From Trichoplax sp. H2 (taxonomy: Eukaryota): a stretch of DNA of 64,000 nucleotides. Under the pieces are notes generated by a model. The model was not told where the DNA came from. It did no database searches and saw nothing but the letters and a program-made list of their open reading frames with translations. Shown in pieces: positions 26,159 through 39,750 of the stretch; positions within the stretch are counted from its first letter, which is position 1; each line of letters opens with the position of its first letter. A program made the position numbers and the translations under genes. The DNA lies in contig NOWV01000201.1 in assembly GCA_003344405.1 (NCBI GenBank), positions 62,001 through 126,000 on the forward strand, read 5' to 3'.

Positions 26159-28896
26159 AATAGTAACATTCTTCATGCTCTTAAACTGGCTAATCTTGAT
26201 CATATGAACATCAACAATACGTAGAATCATTTAAGGATCGTCTGTATTTTAATCTGATTAATCACTGATAGATTGTCAACAAGAAAACCTAGTTCAAATT
26301 ATTAGCTAGATATAAAGGTTACGAAAGTTACTGTATAACGAAACCCAAAATGCGGCTGAGAAAGCAATAAAGAGTTGTTCGTGATCTTACCTAGTACATA
26401 CCCGTATGTAATGAAAAATGAAATCTATTTGTGTACCACGTATACGGTGCAATCCATGTAAATTGAAGCAAAATTTTTATAATATTATAGTACTGTATAT
26501 CAGAAGTTGTAGCTCTTTTATTATGTAAAATATATACAAACATTTTCCCAATATCCTAGTTGGTTAACTTGTATTGTTGATTATTATATATCCATAATAT
26601 GAAATAAATAAATATATCTATCGTCTTTGTGGTCGTAGCGAAATTTGAGGCTTCCTTCAACTTGTGAATATTATACGACTCTTAATTACAGCAAATCCTT
26701 TATTTTATTATGCTATTTTAAATTCAGGCTGTGTTGGTACCGTGCATTAACAATCTTAATATGTAGGTATTCTTGCATGTAAAAATAATATACTGCTTAT
26801 GACTAGTTTAATACGCCACGTCAAACTACCAAATACACCCGTCTATCAATATTAACGATAATTCGTATACCACTTGAAGCTGAATATCACTCTTTTGTCT
26901 GCATATGAAACCATAACTCCTTAGCTATTACCAAAATCTCAATAAGTGCTTTTTCTAATTACGCTATTTTCACTGCTTGTATACGCATTACTATTCTACT
27001 AGAGTGCATCAAATATTAAATTACGTTATAACATAACCTTATTCCAAATACTACTGGGATAGAGACAATATAAAAACTATCAGTAATTTAAAATATTAAC
27101 TGTAGATAGCAGTGTCAGTAATTTAATTTAAAAGACAAAATACACTTTATGAAACACGTTTTCAAGGCTATTTTGCAGTCAATATTACGGTAAGAAAGTT
27201 AAAGTGCCGGACATTTTGCATCCATAGACTACTAGATGTACCAAAAAATTGATAAGCTCATACTCCAGTATATGTTTTCATTAATTAAAGTCTTCCATCC
27301 TCACTCAAATTAGAGCATTAAATTGTACAAATATAGCAACTGTACCGATAGATGGTTTGCAAAATTGTGTATAGAGATATTATCTTAGAAATTAATGACA
27401 CAAACTATTCATAAACCATTGCAAAGCACATTTTATCCTACAGTCATCGTAGTAATTTAGTTAAATTTAAACTGTGAGTACAACTGTAATTTTTATGCCA
27501 TTATTATTTACATTGATAATAGTAAATGTATGTATACCCTTACAATAGTGTATAACAGTGTATACCTGTTAGGCGGAATATAATATGATTTCCTATCAGA
27601 ACGATTCTTTTACAATACCAAGGTAATTTACAAATAATCTAATTAAAATTTCAAGGACATAGTTTAGCTTATTTACTGTTTTAGATTATTACAATCATTA
27701 TATTCCATTTAATATTCTTAAAACCATTATTATAACTCATGCATTCCATATTTCAAAAATAATGCCATTATCAAACAAAATACTACATCGCAGGTAAGAT
27801 ACAAGGTGTTGATTTATACAGTCTGATTTTACTTCATAAATTATGACAAGAGAAAAAAATTTATGCTTAAATACTTACCATACTGCTACTGTACAACGTT
27901 TTCGTTGTCATACGGGACTATATCCATTTTATCCTTTATTAAGTAATCCAATAGCAAAGATACGCTAATCATACTGCTGCTGTCATATACATTTAGCATC
28001 TATTAGATAATTATATAATGAATACATCGATAAAATTTGTACTTTCTATTACTCTTAACCAATAATGTAGGAGATACAAAATACTACCAACGTACCGTGC
28101 TGGTAGATATTTTATGACGGCAATAGTAAAATTCATACCTTGCAATTCCAAAATCACAAGAATTTCTAGCCAATTTATAAAACTTTTTAATATTATTTTT
28201 TAATAGAAATTACAATGATAGAAATATGTTTTAGTTCGTTATAACAAGTTCCATTATCAAGCTAGTTATCATATACGCTTATAATAGATTAACTAAAATT
28301 AAACTATCCTAATATTGGAAATAGAGACCATAGCGTTTAGCTTCGTCATTCTTTAAAAGCAAATAGTATAGTATTTTAAAATTTGGTTCTATCACAGCCT
28401 TTTTATAGCTAGCTTCATTGTCTTGTCTTGGTAGATGAACAATGGTGGCGGCTGTTTATTAGTAATACAAGGGAAAATAATCATGACTCTCTTTATAATT
28501 TTCACGTGTTATTGAGAATTAAAGATAGAAATACCTAGAATTGAGATCATTCAGAAGTAATTCAACATCCTATTCAATTACTTCATTAATCGATCTTTTC
28601 TTTTTGTCTTGAATATTCTAATTCGATTAGAAAATATATTATACTCTGTATTTATCTATATTTCATATGGGCCTATATATATATATTTGTATATTGATTT
28701 CAAGTTACAAAGAATTTTTTATATAATATATATTACATCGAAAATATAGTCGATCTGCCATTTTATCAATATACTTTCTAGTCAGCAACTATCTTGATTC
28801 AACTGAATCCTGAACAGTGATCATAATTAACATTTCGTAAATATCAAAATAAATTGGTCTAGTTTATAAAGCTAATAACAGCATCACAGTAGCAGC

Positions 28897-31800
28897 ATGA
28901 GTAAAGCAAAAGTTCAGTATCCAGCACCAGATTTTCATGGTATTGCTGTCGTTGATGGCGATTTTCGAGAAATTCAACTATCTGATTACGTCGGTAAGTT
29001 ATGTTTAGAAGCATTCTTAGTCAATTTTATAATTTTATCAAAGTTCTAATTAGCAAATCAACTGCGAACTTTACGGCTACATTGATTCATTTTCTTTGTT
29101 GCTCAATGGGTGTAAATAACTTATAACGTCAAATAGATACAGCATACGATTTCAGTCATCCTACTATATCATTTTTAGAATGAATTATGGTTATAAATAT
29201 AACAAGCACGAGGTAGTTATTTGTTTCTTTGCTATGTTGGTTAAAATAGTAATAGTCTTCCCATTTTACATTATTAATTCAGCTTTACTGCTCATCAAAA
29301 TCAATTTGTTTGAAAACTTGAATTAATGTAAATACAGCAATCATCTACTCGTCTATCTTTCATGGTATTTTTTACTAATCTTGTTGGCTCAATAAACTAA
29401 ACTACATCTTAATTTTCATACATCATGCTTGATATTATAGGAAAGTACTTGGTATTTTTCTTTTACCCAATGGATTTGTAAGTAATAAATAAATTCAGTA
29501 ATTTTAAATTCTAAGTACAATATCACGATATTCACCCTTAAATGCAATCTAATATTTACAGCAAATAAGCAGAAATTTTTCTTTGATTACTTAACATGGA
29601 GTAGCATGGATAATTGTATGCCGTAAATAAACTTAGCTTTCAAGACCAATATTTCATGTTTTTATTCCCTCTTTTAACCTATTTTTGGAAAAGTTATTTT
29701 TACAAATGTCTACAACCTTATTAAATCTCATATTTAAAAGCACTGATGAAACAACTGGCGCTTTCTCTAACAAATTTCTAATTAGTAAAGGAATATAATC
29801 GATTTCATAAATCTATATGCATACAGAATTGGTTCTGATAATTTCGGGGATTATACTAGTCAAGCTGCTTAACTAAATACCATTAAAGAATCAATCTTGT
29901 CAATTTAACTAGTCATAAAGGCTCTGTCATATTAAGGAAAAGACAAGTATGGCAATGGCAAATAAGTTAACTTGACATTTATTTGTCATCTTGGTAATAT
30001 TACTTTTATCTATTAATGATAGCTATCGCCAAATTAACAGTAAATTATTGATTATTGTCAAGCCTAGAAAAAAATCGAATTTTATAACTAAAAAAAGCTA
30101 CTTAAAATTATCGAAATTTATTAGTGTTATAAAATACAATTGATTTCAGATTGGGTTAGTTTGGTTTGGCCTTTTGTCCTCTTCTTTTTCTACTTTAACA
30201 ATGATCAATATGTTTTGACTATATGCTGAAAGAACAAGTTAAGGGAAAAGTTTATTATTTAAATTGAAATCTATTAATCACTTCCTCGATATGGCCCAAT
30301 ACACGGTTATTTTATTCTCTTTAGAGAATAAAGGTCAAACGGAGAATATTTCCTACAATTTAATAACCTTTGAAATTGTTTTTTTGATATTTAAATGCTA
30401 ACAGTAAGTTATTGCCTCTTGTAGTAAGAAGTTGTTTGTTATTCTATAGTATATCTGTTCTAGAAAAAGATAATGTTAAGTGGCAATTATGATTGTAAAA
30501 GTAGCCTTAGTCAGAATATGATCGGACTGAATTCACTTTGGTAATAGTTGACTCCAGTACATTATCTTCTTTATGAGTATGAAAAAAACTAAACTATTAT
30601 GCAGATACATATAATATTGATTAGAACGTTGTCAAGAATAAATTTAACATCCGCCACATTTGCCACTGTCATGTCCTTTCAAGTTTGTTATAATTACTTA
30701 ACAACACGATTGAACTTTATTGCACACGGCTATAATATCAGGAATGTTCTTTTATATCAATCAAGGCATTTTTTCTGGTGTTACTCTATCTTAATAAGCT
30801 GATTTCTATCCTAACTAATGAATTTATTATATATCAGAGTACAAGAGATTGCTTGCAGGCGTGAAAAGATTAGAAGATATAAAAAGTTCATTTTAAATGC
30901 ATGAAAGCGGTTTTGATGTTATCTAGTGTTCGAGTACCACGCTGCTTCACTATGATAACAAATTGCTGCATGGATAAACTATAGAAAGTTTATTCCAAAA
31001 GTTCATCTCATTTTTGAGCCTATCAGATAGAGTCTAATTTTAATTCTTGTTATACAAATGACGTAGATAATTACGAAGTTTGTAGGTTATTTGCTTTAAT
31101 TTTTAGGATACTTTTTATCATTTTTCCTCCTCATAAATGTTTCTGCTATGTCTTATAATTTTTTCGGCATAGATACTTTTTCACGGTACAACATTGAAAG
31201 CTACGATTAAAAATCAGTTTAAATAATTGAAATTGTTTACATATAAATACTTGAAGTTTATTTGAAAAATAATTTATCATCGCCAATAAATTTAAAGACG
31301 TCGAATTTATGCAATCCCACTAACAAACACTCTGATACTATATTTTTATTGTACTCTGCCAAACTTTATCAAATAAAATATTCCTGGTAATAATACTAAT
31401 TTAAGTATTGATCATAATTTAAAGGACGAATAGTTCGTTGGTAGAATGGGTGGTTTAGCTAGTGAAAAATTGAAATTATTTACCTATTTAATATTTAAAA
31501 GTTTTATAACAAACATTTTTGAGAATGAATGGCTTAACATGGCGATTGAAATTTTCGGTACCTCTTTTTAAATGGAAATTTATTTGCGGATAGATTTTTG
31601 AACCTTTGTACTGTATTTGTAAAGGATCAGAACGTAGTCTTAAAATTTTTTCTATAAGAAAATAATTTATACATGAATATTTGATACTTGAAAAAGTTTT
31701 TAGAAGAGTAAAGAGATCCTCAGCCTTAACCAAGTATTGACAATGTTGAAGATTATTATTTTTAAAATGAAACGAGTAATACTGCCTGCTTTTAACGGCA

Positions 31801-34800
31801 TTTACAAGAACGTAAGGAAAAAACTAGTTTTGTTAACTGTATACTTCTTATTAGTGAAGACATGCAGCCGTAGTCAACGGATTATCTAACTAGAATTAAA
31901 CTACGTATATGATGTGCCAGATTCAAAAGTGATTATTTTTATCGTTTGAATCTTGTTTATGTGAATGTTAGTCTTATTTATGTAGGTATACACTATAATT
32001 AAATTGGATCTAGCCAAGGATTCAACCACTACGGTTATAGTTAATCATAAATGAACAAACCAGCAAATAGAGAATGATAATAATACTTACCTTAAATGGG
32101 GGAGGCGCCATTTTGAATCAATTTTAGCATGTTAGCGTTAATTATCCTACTGATTAACTTATTCGAAACTGGATGTTAAAGATTATTAAAAAAGAATATA
32201 GCGATAGAGTAAAGTTGAACTTTCGCTCACATTTTTACTTTTACTGTTATCTGTTGATAAAATCAAGGCAAGTTTACAGTCACTGAAGGAGTATGGCGTT
32301 TATTTTTATATCGCATATTAAGGTTCCTAGTCATCAAAAGTCGCTTAATTAACTAAAATCTATCTTACACTTTTCAGACATCAGATCCAATACAAAATTA
32401 ATTATGCAATCTTTATCCAAAATTTATTTCCAACGGGGTGGAGTTACCAAATCTTTCTTATACATTTCAAATATAACATTACCGTAAATACTAATAGATT
32501 ACTCAGTTCTTATCTACCTCATATTTTGCCTTCAACTATTAAAATTTCCGTTCATATAGGCCATGTTTATTAATTAGGTAGGATAGTTCAATCTTTCTTG
32601 CATTTCTAAATATTAAATCAAGTGCAAATTGATTACTCAGTCTTTATTGTACACTTATTTTGATGTAAGCTTTAGTTTCTAGTATATGTTCACTGCTTAG
32701 TCTTGAGGTATAACGATTATTCAAGTGATATAAGAAAATTAACTTTTTTCCTACTTTTCTATGCCAGTATAGTCAACTTTGACACGTAGATTTGTTAATT
32801 TTAATTCAAACAACTTGTTCTCCCTTGAAATTCTGAAATGTTACAATAGAGTTCATATAATTAGAGTTACGTATGTTTATCGGTATTTCGGGGTGGAGAC
32901 TTAAATGGATAACAACTTCGTCTAAATTAAAAAAATTGCTATATTGGCTAATGGCTTATATTGACTATATTGGCAAGTGCTGGTAGAGAATTTATTTAGA
33001 TAAGATATAAATCAAGTTCATATCATATCATGCATAGTGCATTATTTTCGAAACTATGGCAAAAGGTAATGTGTTACCACTGGACGAATGTATTATTTGG
33101 TAAAATAGGGAAAAGATCTTTCTTGAAATTGATTTGTAATTGTCACTTACAAAAAGAAAACTAGAGAGGAAACTAGCGTAGTAGGAAATGTCTTTGTTAA
33201 CTTGTGATATATTGCAAATTAGCTTAAACGTTATTGGCTCTCTTTTTATAGTGTTATCAATTATTCATAATTTGCAAAATACTAGAGATAATATGGGAAT
33301 ATAGTTATTGTAGCTCAATAATATCCATTTTCTCATGTATTTTTCTAAGAATACGATGCTACGTCATGATATTTTGTTACAGTTTTTCGGAAACAAATAA
33401 GATGATTTTAATTCTTTCATTTAGTAAATATCAGTGTAAATTAAGAGTTCATAGTCAAAAAGGCAAAATTAGACAAGTTTTTAAATAACTAATCAGATAT
33501 AAGATAAGATCAAAGTGTCCGATTTGCAAATAGAAATGAGGTTAAATTGATTTCTGTTTGACAGCTACAAGAATAGTAAAAATAAACCATGATACGCATA
33601 ATTCATAGGGTATGAAAACCCTTATTCCTTATCGCTTATAGCATAAATGTCTAGCGAAAAATAATTTTACTTTTATGTCTACTGTAGTGAAAGTCAAATC
33701 AGTTATTCTCTTCATTCATTTTGTACAGAGACTACTACTAAAACGATTTAATCCCAAGTTTCTTAAATTAAATAAATTGATAATTGACTTATTTGCATCT
33801 CATGATGGCCAACATGGTTAAATACACTTACAGTACTTTAAATGAAACCATGATTCTGCTTATTCACATCTTGTGATGACCAATGTGATTCAATACCTGC
33901 ACATTAATTGCCGTGAAAATTCGGCTAGCATATCATGATACAATATAAATGCAATGATAACTCTACTTGCACGTATCTTGTAATAGTTAACACGATTTAG
34001 TACCGGTACCCTATCAGAAGAATACTACCAAAATAATGGGTTATAAATAAATAACGTGCGACTAATAAAGTCTTATATAAATTCTCATTCTGCTAAACAA
34101 AAGAACAATGTTTACGCAAATTTTTGCAGTAACAATAAAGCCAGTACAACCTAAAAATGACTTTATTTCTTGCTCTGTCGTAAGAGTTTTCAAGAAAAAT
34201 CGTTTTTATGTATAATAATTGAAGTTAAATACTGATTTAGAACCTTACAATCATAAATAGTTTAAGTGCTATACTTACATCTATGATATCTCATGAAACT
34301 TAAATGGAATCTAATGAGCTATTATTCACATATGTATAATATAACAACTTTTCTAAATTCAAGACTATATTAGAAGTTATCTAACAATAAAAATTATAAT
34401 TTATACTATTGTAGAATAGTCCATAATTTTTCATTTAACAAATTGTTCGATAAAGAGAGTGAAGATACTAAATATAGTTTATTTTTGTAGTAATTAGATC
34501 AATCATTTTTTTAAAGTGTAATATAGCTAAACGATATATTGCGACTATTTCCGTTGGTTTTATATCATTTACTTACATATAGAAATTGAATTGAATTTAT
34601 TTGATTCGTCTTAGTGAAAGGATAAGGGCTATTAGATTTTCGAAAATATACTTAGCTGTCTGACAGATTTTACTCATGTTAATGAAGCACTAATTATTTT
34701 TGATTAATGCTTTAAATAAAATTAGTACTTCATGATATTTTATTTTATAGATGAATGCATATTGTTTAAAGCAACTGCAATAGAGTATGATCTCTGACTT

Positions 34801-37800
34801 TAATGATGGAAGAAAGATAATTTCTTTAACAAGAGGAAGTTACGGATAGATGATTTTATCATAATGAGTTGATCAATAACTATATGGTTATTGATATTTT
34901 GGTCATATAAATTAATAACCCTGCGGGCCAAATGGCACTGAAGTTATTTGAAAGGATGGTATAGTCTATCAATGGCTTATTAGGCAAGGGAGAGACACTG
35001 AAATTAGATAAGGGATATTTCCTCTAATGAATAATTCTGTATTCGCCTAAAAATAATCATTTCATCATCGATGTAATTTGTCTTGATCTAGTTCTACCTT
35101 GTTTTTATTTAATGATATCATTATAGCTCAGAAATGATTCCTGAATTCTTAAAATAAATTATTCCATTTGTCATTGCAAAGGAATTAATTAATTTTTAGC
35201 ACCTGTGTCATAAACGGATACTAATGACGTAATAGTATATATAGAGACTCTTGATCAGCATAATGAGTTTACCTAAAGACGTAATACGTAATATGGACTA
35301 TCGTATAGAACGTATATCTATGCAGATGAAGATAAATAAATTATTATTAATTAATATAAGTTATTAAATTAATCAAATTAAATTCGATGAAAATAAGTCT
35401 GATTAATTAACTGTTCTAATCCACTTTTTTAGTACCTTTGTCTGTCCAACTGAAATCATCGCTTTTAGCAATCGTGCCAAAGACTTTCGAGAGATTAATT
35501 GTGAAGTTGTAGCTTGCTCCACTGATTCCGAGTACTCTCATCTAGCTTGGTAAGCGTAGTTGCCATGTCCCAGTAGGCACTCATTATATCTTATTAATTC
35601 CATTATATATTATTAGCAATTATACAAGGCTTCACTATTTTTACATAAATTTATGTACAGAATTTATGTATATACAATATATGAAAATTACAGTAACGAA
35701 TTCGCCATATCTATTCTCAATAATAAGTTTTCGGGCTTGATTAATAAGATAGTGTATTATTTTAGAAGCAATTGCCTGAATAATTATGTTTTAATCTGAA
35801 TTTTCTTGATTAATACGATTTAAATACATGGATAATTATAGATTTAAGAATATTATGCTTAGATTAGCGATATTCTAGTATGTGGTATTCTCTTATCATA
35901 TTTATTATTTTCATTACTTGGGCGATGCTATCTATATAGGACAAATGTTTCTCGTAATGAGGGTGGCTTAGGCAAAATGGATATCCCTATACTAGCCGAC
36001 AAAACTAAATCCATTGCAAGAGACTATGGAGTATTAATAGAAGATGACGGCGTTGCACTTAGGTTATACCCGTAAAATTTAAAATTATAAAATAATAGTG
36101 AATGAAAAGAAAGATCATTCTATCTACATTAGTAATTGAGATAATTGTTAGCTGTTTCAGTTCTAACTTAGCCTAACGGTGCTGTCCATTATATCACATA
36201 AATTACCGTTAAGTTGCCGAATGATCTATTTTTATTTTCTGAAATAGTATGCAATATTTTCAATTGTATTTATATAGAGGTTTATTTATTATTAATGGTC
36301 GTGGAATATTGAAGCAAATAACCATAAATGACTTACCTGTTGGAAGATCAGTAGATGAGGTCCTACGCTTGGTCAAAGCTTTCCAGTTTACGGATAAACA
36401 TGGAGAAGTCTGTCCTGCTAATTGGTCACCAGGTTCAAAAACGGTAAAGGAGATCTTCACATTCCGTGTATCTGATCCTAGCTCTGCAAAGCCACTCAAT
36501 AAAATCGATTTACACCGTCATGTTGATAAAAATTCAACTAAGCCTAATGATGAACAAAAAAATAATAACGGTAGTAGAACAGTCGCGACTACTACAAATG
36601 CAACAAATACCTCAACAGCAACACCGACTGCTGCTAAAACAGCTATGACTACCACTACTAATAATAATACTACAATTGCTGTTCAAAATAACACAAATCA
36701 TGACAAAAATAGCCAACATCATCATAACATTTACTCCGATATGACGAATCAAAATGGCAGCAAACAGAACCAGACTAGTAAAAGCCAGCAAAAAGCTACA
36801 GCTAGCTCTGATCAGCAACAGTTGGTGTACTGTAAAATTTGTACTCTATATTAAATTCTAAATTAGTGCTAGTGCATACTCAATCATTCATTTTTGACGT
36901 TTAGATTTTACTGTAAGTCAGTCAGTTGTACAGCACACCCTTCTATTTCATACATTACTAAAATAATGTAGATACTGTCCATCTTGTTCAACATTATGAT
37001 AATACTATTTCGTAAGCAAATTTATTAATACTCGTTTGCTGGTTATCAATTTAGGTGTACATAAATTCGCTTAATTTAAAAATTAGTCGCGATTATTATC
37101 CTATCTATTTTATCAATTTACTTTGGTTAGTTTATAGTAGAAAGACAAGAATAACCAAATTAGTATTTCAATTTGCTAATACAATTAGATATACTTTATC
37201 GGATGTTTGCTATTTTAATGATTTACCGTACGATTTTATAACTGGTTTTTGCTTGCTATTACACAAGAGCTAGGCTCTATTCGATTCTAAATCGTTATGA
37301 TAAGATCGTACCTGCGCATTTATTATGTGTAATCATAATACCTTGTACTCAGCTATTTCTTTTCTACTCTACTTGGTGATTTAATACATATATTCTAATA
37401 ATCCTGTAATAACAAAATTATCAATTTATAATTAATTATGGGAACAACATCGTACTATATCACCTATAATTTCAATGCATGCTTTCATATCATTTTTTTT
37501 GGGCGTTACTGTAAAATACTAGTTTTTAAAATGCTTTATTCTCTGATATGCTAATCTCAATTTGGATCGCAGTGATTTATATAAAGTAAATCTATAAATG
37601 AAGGAAGAAGTATAGGGTTCTTTGATCTCATCTATGCTAAAATTTAGACAGTCTAATAATTCATACTTACTCGTATATGTGTGATAAAGTGCTTTACTTA
37701 GTAGTATACATGCAAGATACTTATATCAGTTGTCTACTTGTATATTACAAATCGTTGGATTATCTATCCTTGTTTTCAATTTCATTATGGATATTGCATT

Positions 37801-37918
37801 AGCACTATAATGGAACAATTCATATGCAACTGTATCTGCTTTATTTCTGTTTTCACTTCTTTACATTCAGATTAAGCCAAATCCAACAGATAGCAAATCT
37901 TACTTTTCCAGTAAGTGA
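28897..37918 (+). CDS. Typical 2-Cys peroxiredoxin (Prx1/AhpC subfamily); exons 28897-28993, 29441-29477, 35433-35549, 35940-36062, 36278-36443, 37871-37918 (195 aa)
   Basis: Spliced protein [13 protein letters not shown]...[15 protein letters not shown]...GGLG...[14 protein letters not shown]...GEVCPANW...[15 protein letters not shown]. Peroxidatic and resolving VCP, GGLG and YF motifs are present. All introns are GT-AG with matching phases. The paralog (PRDX1/2-like) cannot be assigned. Confidence 0.93.
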
Positions 37919-38989
37919 TATAAGAATAGAAATTATGGCGCCGGTGTGTCAGAAAAATCTATCGTCCATATTCTACACGTAATTTGGTATCGATGATAAT
38001 ACCATCTCTAAGCATTGCCTAAATGAGGCTTTAGAAGAACTAACATGATTTATGCTACTCCCTCAATATAATGGAGATAATGCAGTAGATAATATGTGCG
38101 TAATTATGATAACCGTGATTTTAGCTTCATACCACTGTTTCATGATGACATATTTAATATTTATTGACAAGATATAGATAATACTGTGTAGGCCTGTTTT
38201 AAAATCTCTTCTTGTTAGTTTTGGAGATAATATTGCTGTATACTATCCTTCTGCATAAATTATGCAATGTTATAGCTGTTCGAATATTGTAAAAGCAATA
38301 ACCTATGATTAGATACATAGAGTACTAGACAAAATTTTATCCAATTTTCATGACGATAAACCTGTAATAAAAAATTTTAATCTAATTCCTATCGATCGAA
38401 TTCTTACCTCATATCTTGATAGGTATTACCAGGTTAAACATTATGTAATAGCCTTGGCTGCGATTTATGATATAATAATAAATATCTTGGCAAATAATGA
38501 TAGTATGGTTAATATAGTGCATTAATTCAAAATAAATCCAGATTCTAAAATCTTTCGATTTGTGATGGTAATATATGAATGATATTGCTTCGTAAAGATT
38601 CAGATTTTAAATATAATCATAATTTTACGTGGCTACTCTAATAATATGTAAGTATTACAATTCTTATTGTAGCATGATTAATACCTATATAGCACAGATT
38701 TATGCTTAGAAAATATTAATAACAGTGGACTATATTATTAGAAAATAATAATGAAATCCTGTCATTAAACTATTATTACTAGAGTTTAAGCGTAAAGCAG
38801 TAATATCGAAAACAGTACGGTAGTTTTAATGATTTGCTTCAGTAAATTAGTATGCCAGTGGTAATAGATTCGCCATACTACCCTAGAATAGAGCTAACAG
38901 GTAAGAAAACGTCTTACCCTAGAATTCTCGATGGAAAGTACCAGATCTTCGTAAGCCTGGATTTTGTAGCTTACCAAAATTGAACGTTA

Positions 38990-39750
38990 ACTGCTGAACT
39001 TAAATTCAGACCTAACTAATAGTGGGATCATGTTCAACATTTATATTCAGGTGTATAAACATGTATTACAGAGGTATAGCGAGCTCGGTAAACGGTTGAA
39101 AGATATTAAGCTATAGTATTGCTTTAAATTATATCTTTAAATTTTTAAGAAATAGACTTTAAATTTAGCTCAAATTCAACGCAGATATATTAGTGTAACC
39201 TTGAATAAATGGCTCTTGATATCTTTATTACTTTTTATTGCAGTATTGAGCAGTTTTATTTCTTGAAACTTTGTAATAAAAAGTATCAATCACCGACTGG
39301 TACTTGTAAGGTCGGTCTGACTATTTTACAAGTCGCGTCGTAATACTGATCTATAGTCTTTACTACTTTACAACTCGTTATAGCAGCATAACTAATAGAA
39401 TTAATTGAAGATGTAAGTTAATCTTAGCTTTGTGAACATATTAATAAATAAATGTATTATTCTATGTATTGATCATACTGTATCATCTTCGTTAGCTTAG
39501 ATTTTAAAGCTTAATAAAACTAAATGGTAACCCTTAGCCCAAATTCAGGCTTTACTAATAGTGAGATCATGTTTAGTATTTCTATTCCGGTGCATAGCCT
39601 TTAGTGCCTTACTACTAGTTACAGTAGCCTAATTGATTGATTTAATTGAAGATATTTCCTAATATGCATGTATATACACAACCAATATTGGCTTTTCAAG
39701 CACATTAATAAATTAAAAAATATATTATTGTAGGTATTAACAATACTAGA
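38990..39750. repeat. Old diverged local duplication
   Basis: aaattcag.c.t.actaatagtg.gatcatgtt.a..att..tattc.ggtg.ata at ~39002 and ~39541; ttaattgaagat...cattaataaat.aaa at ~39400 and ~39640. Confidence 0.6.
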
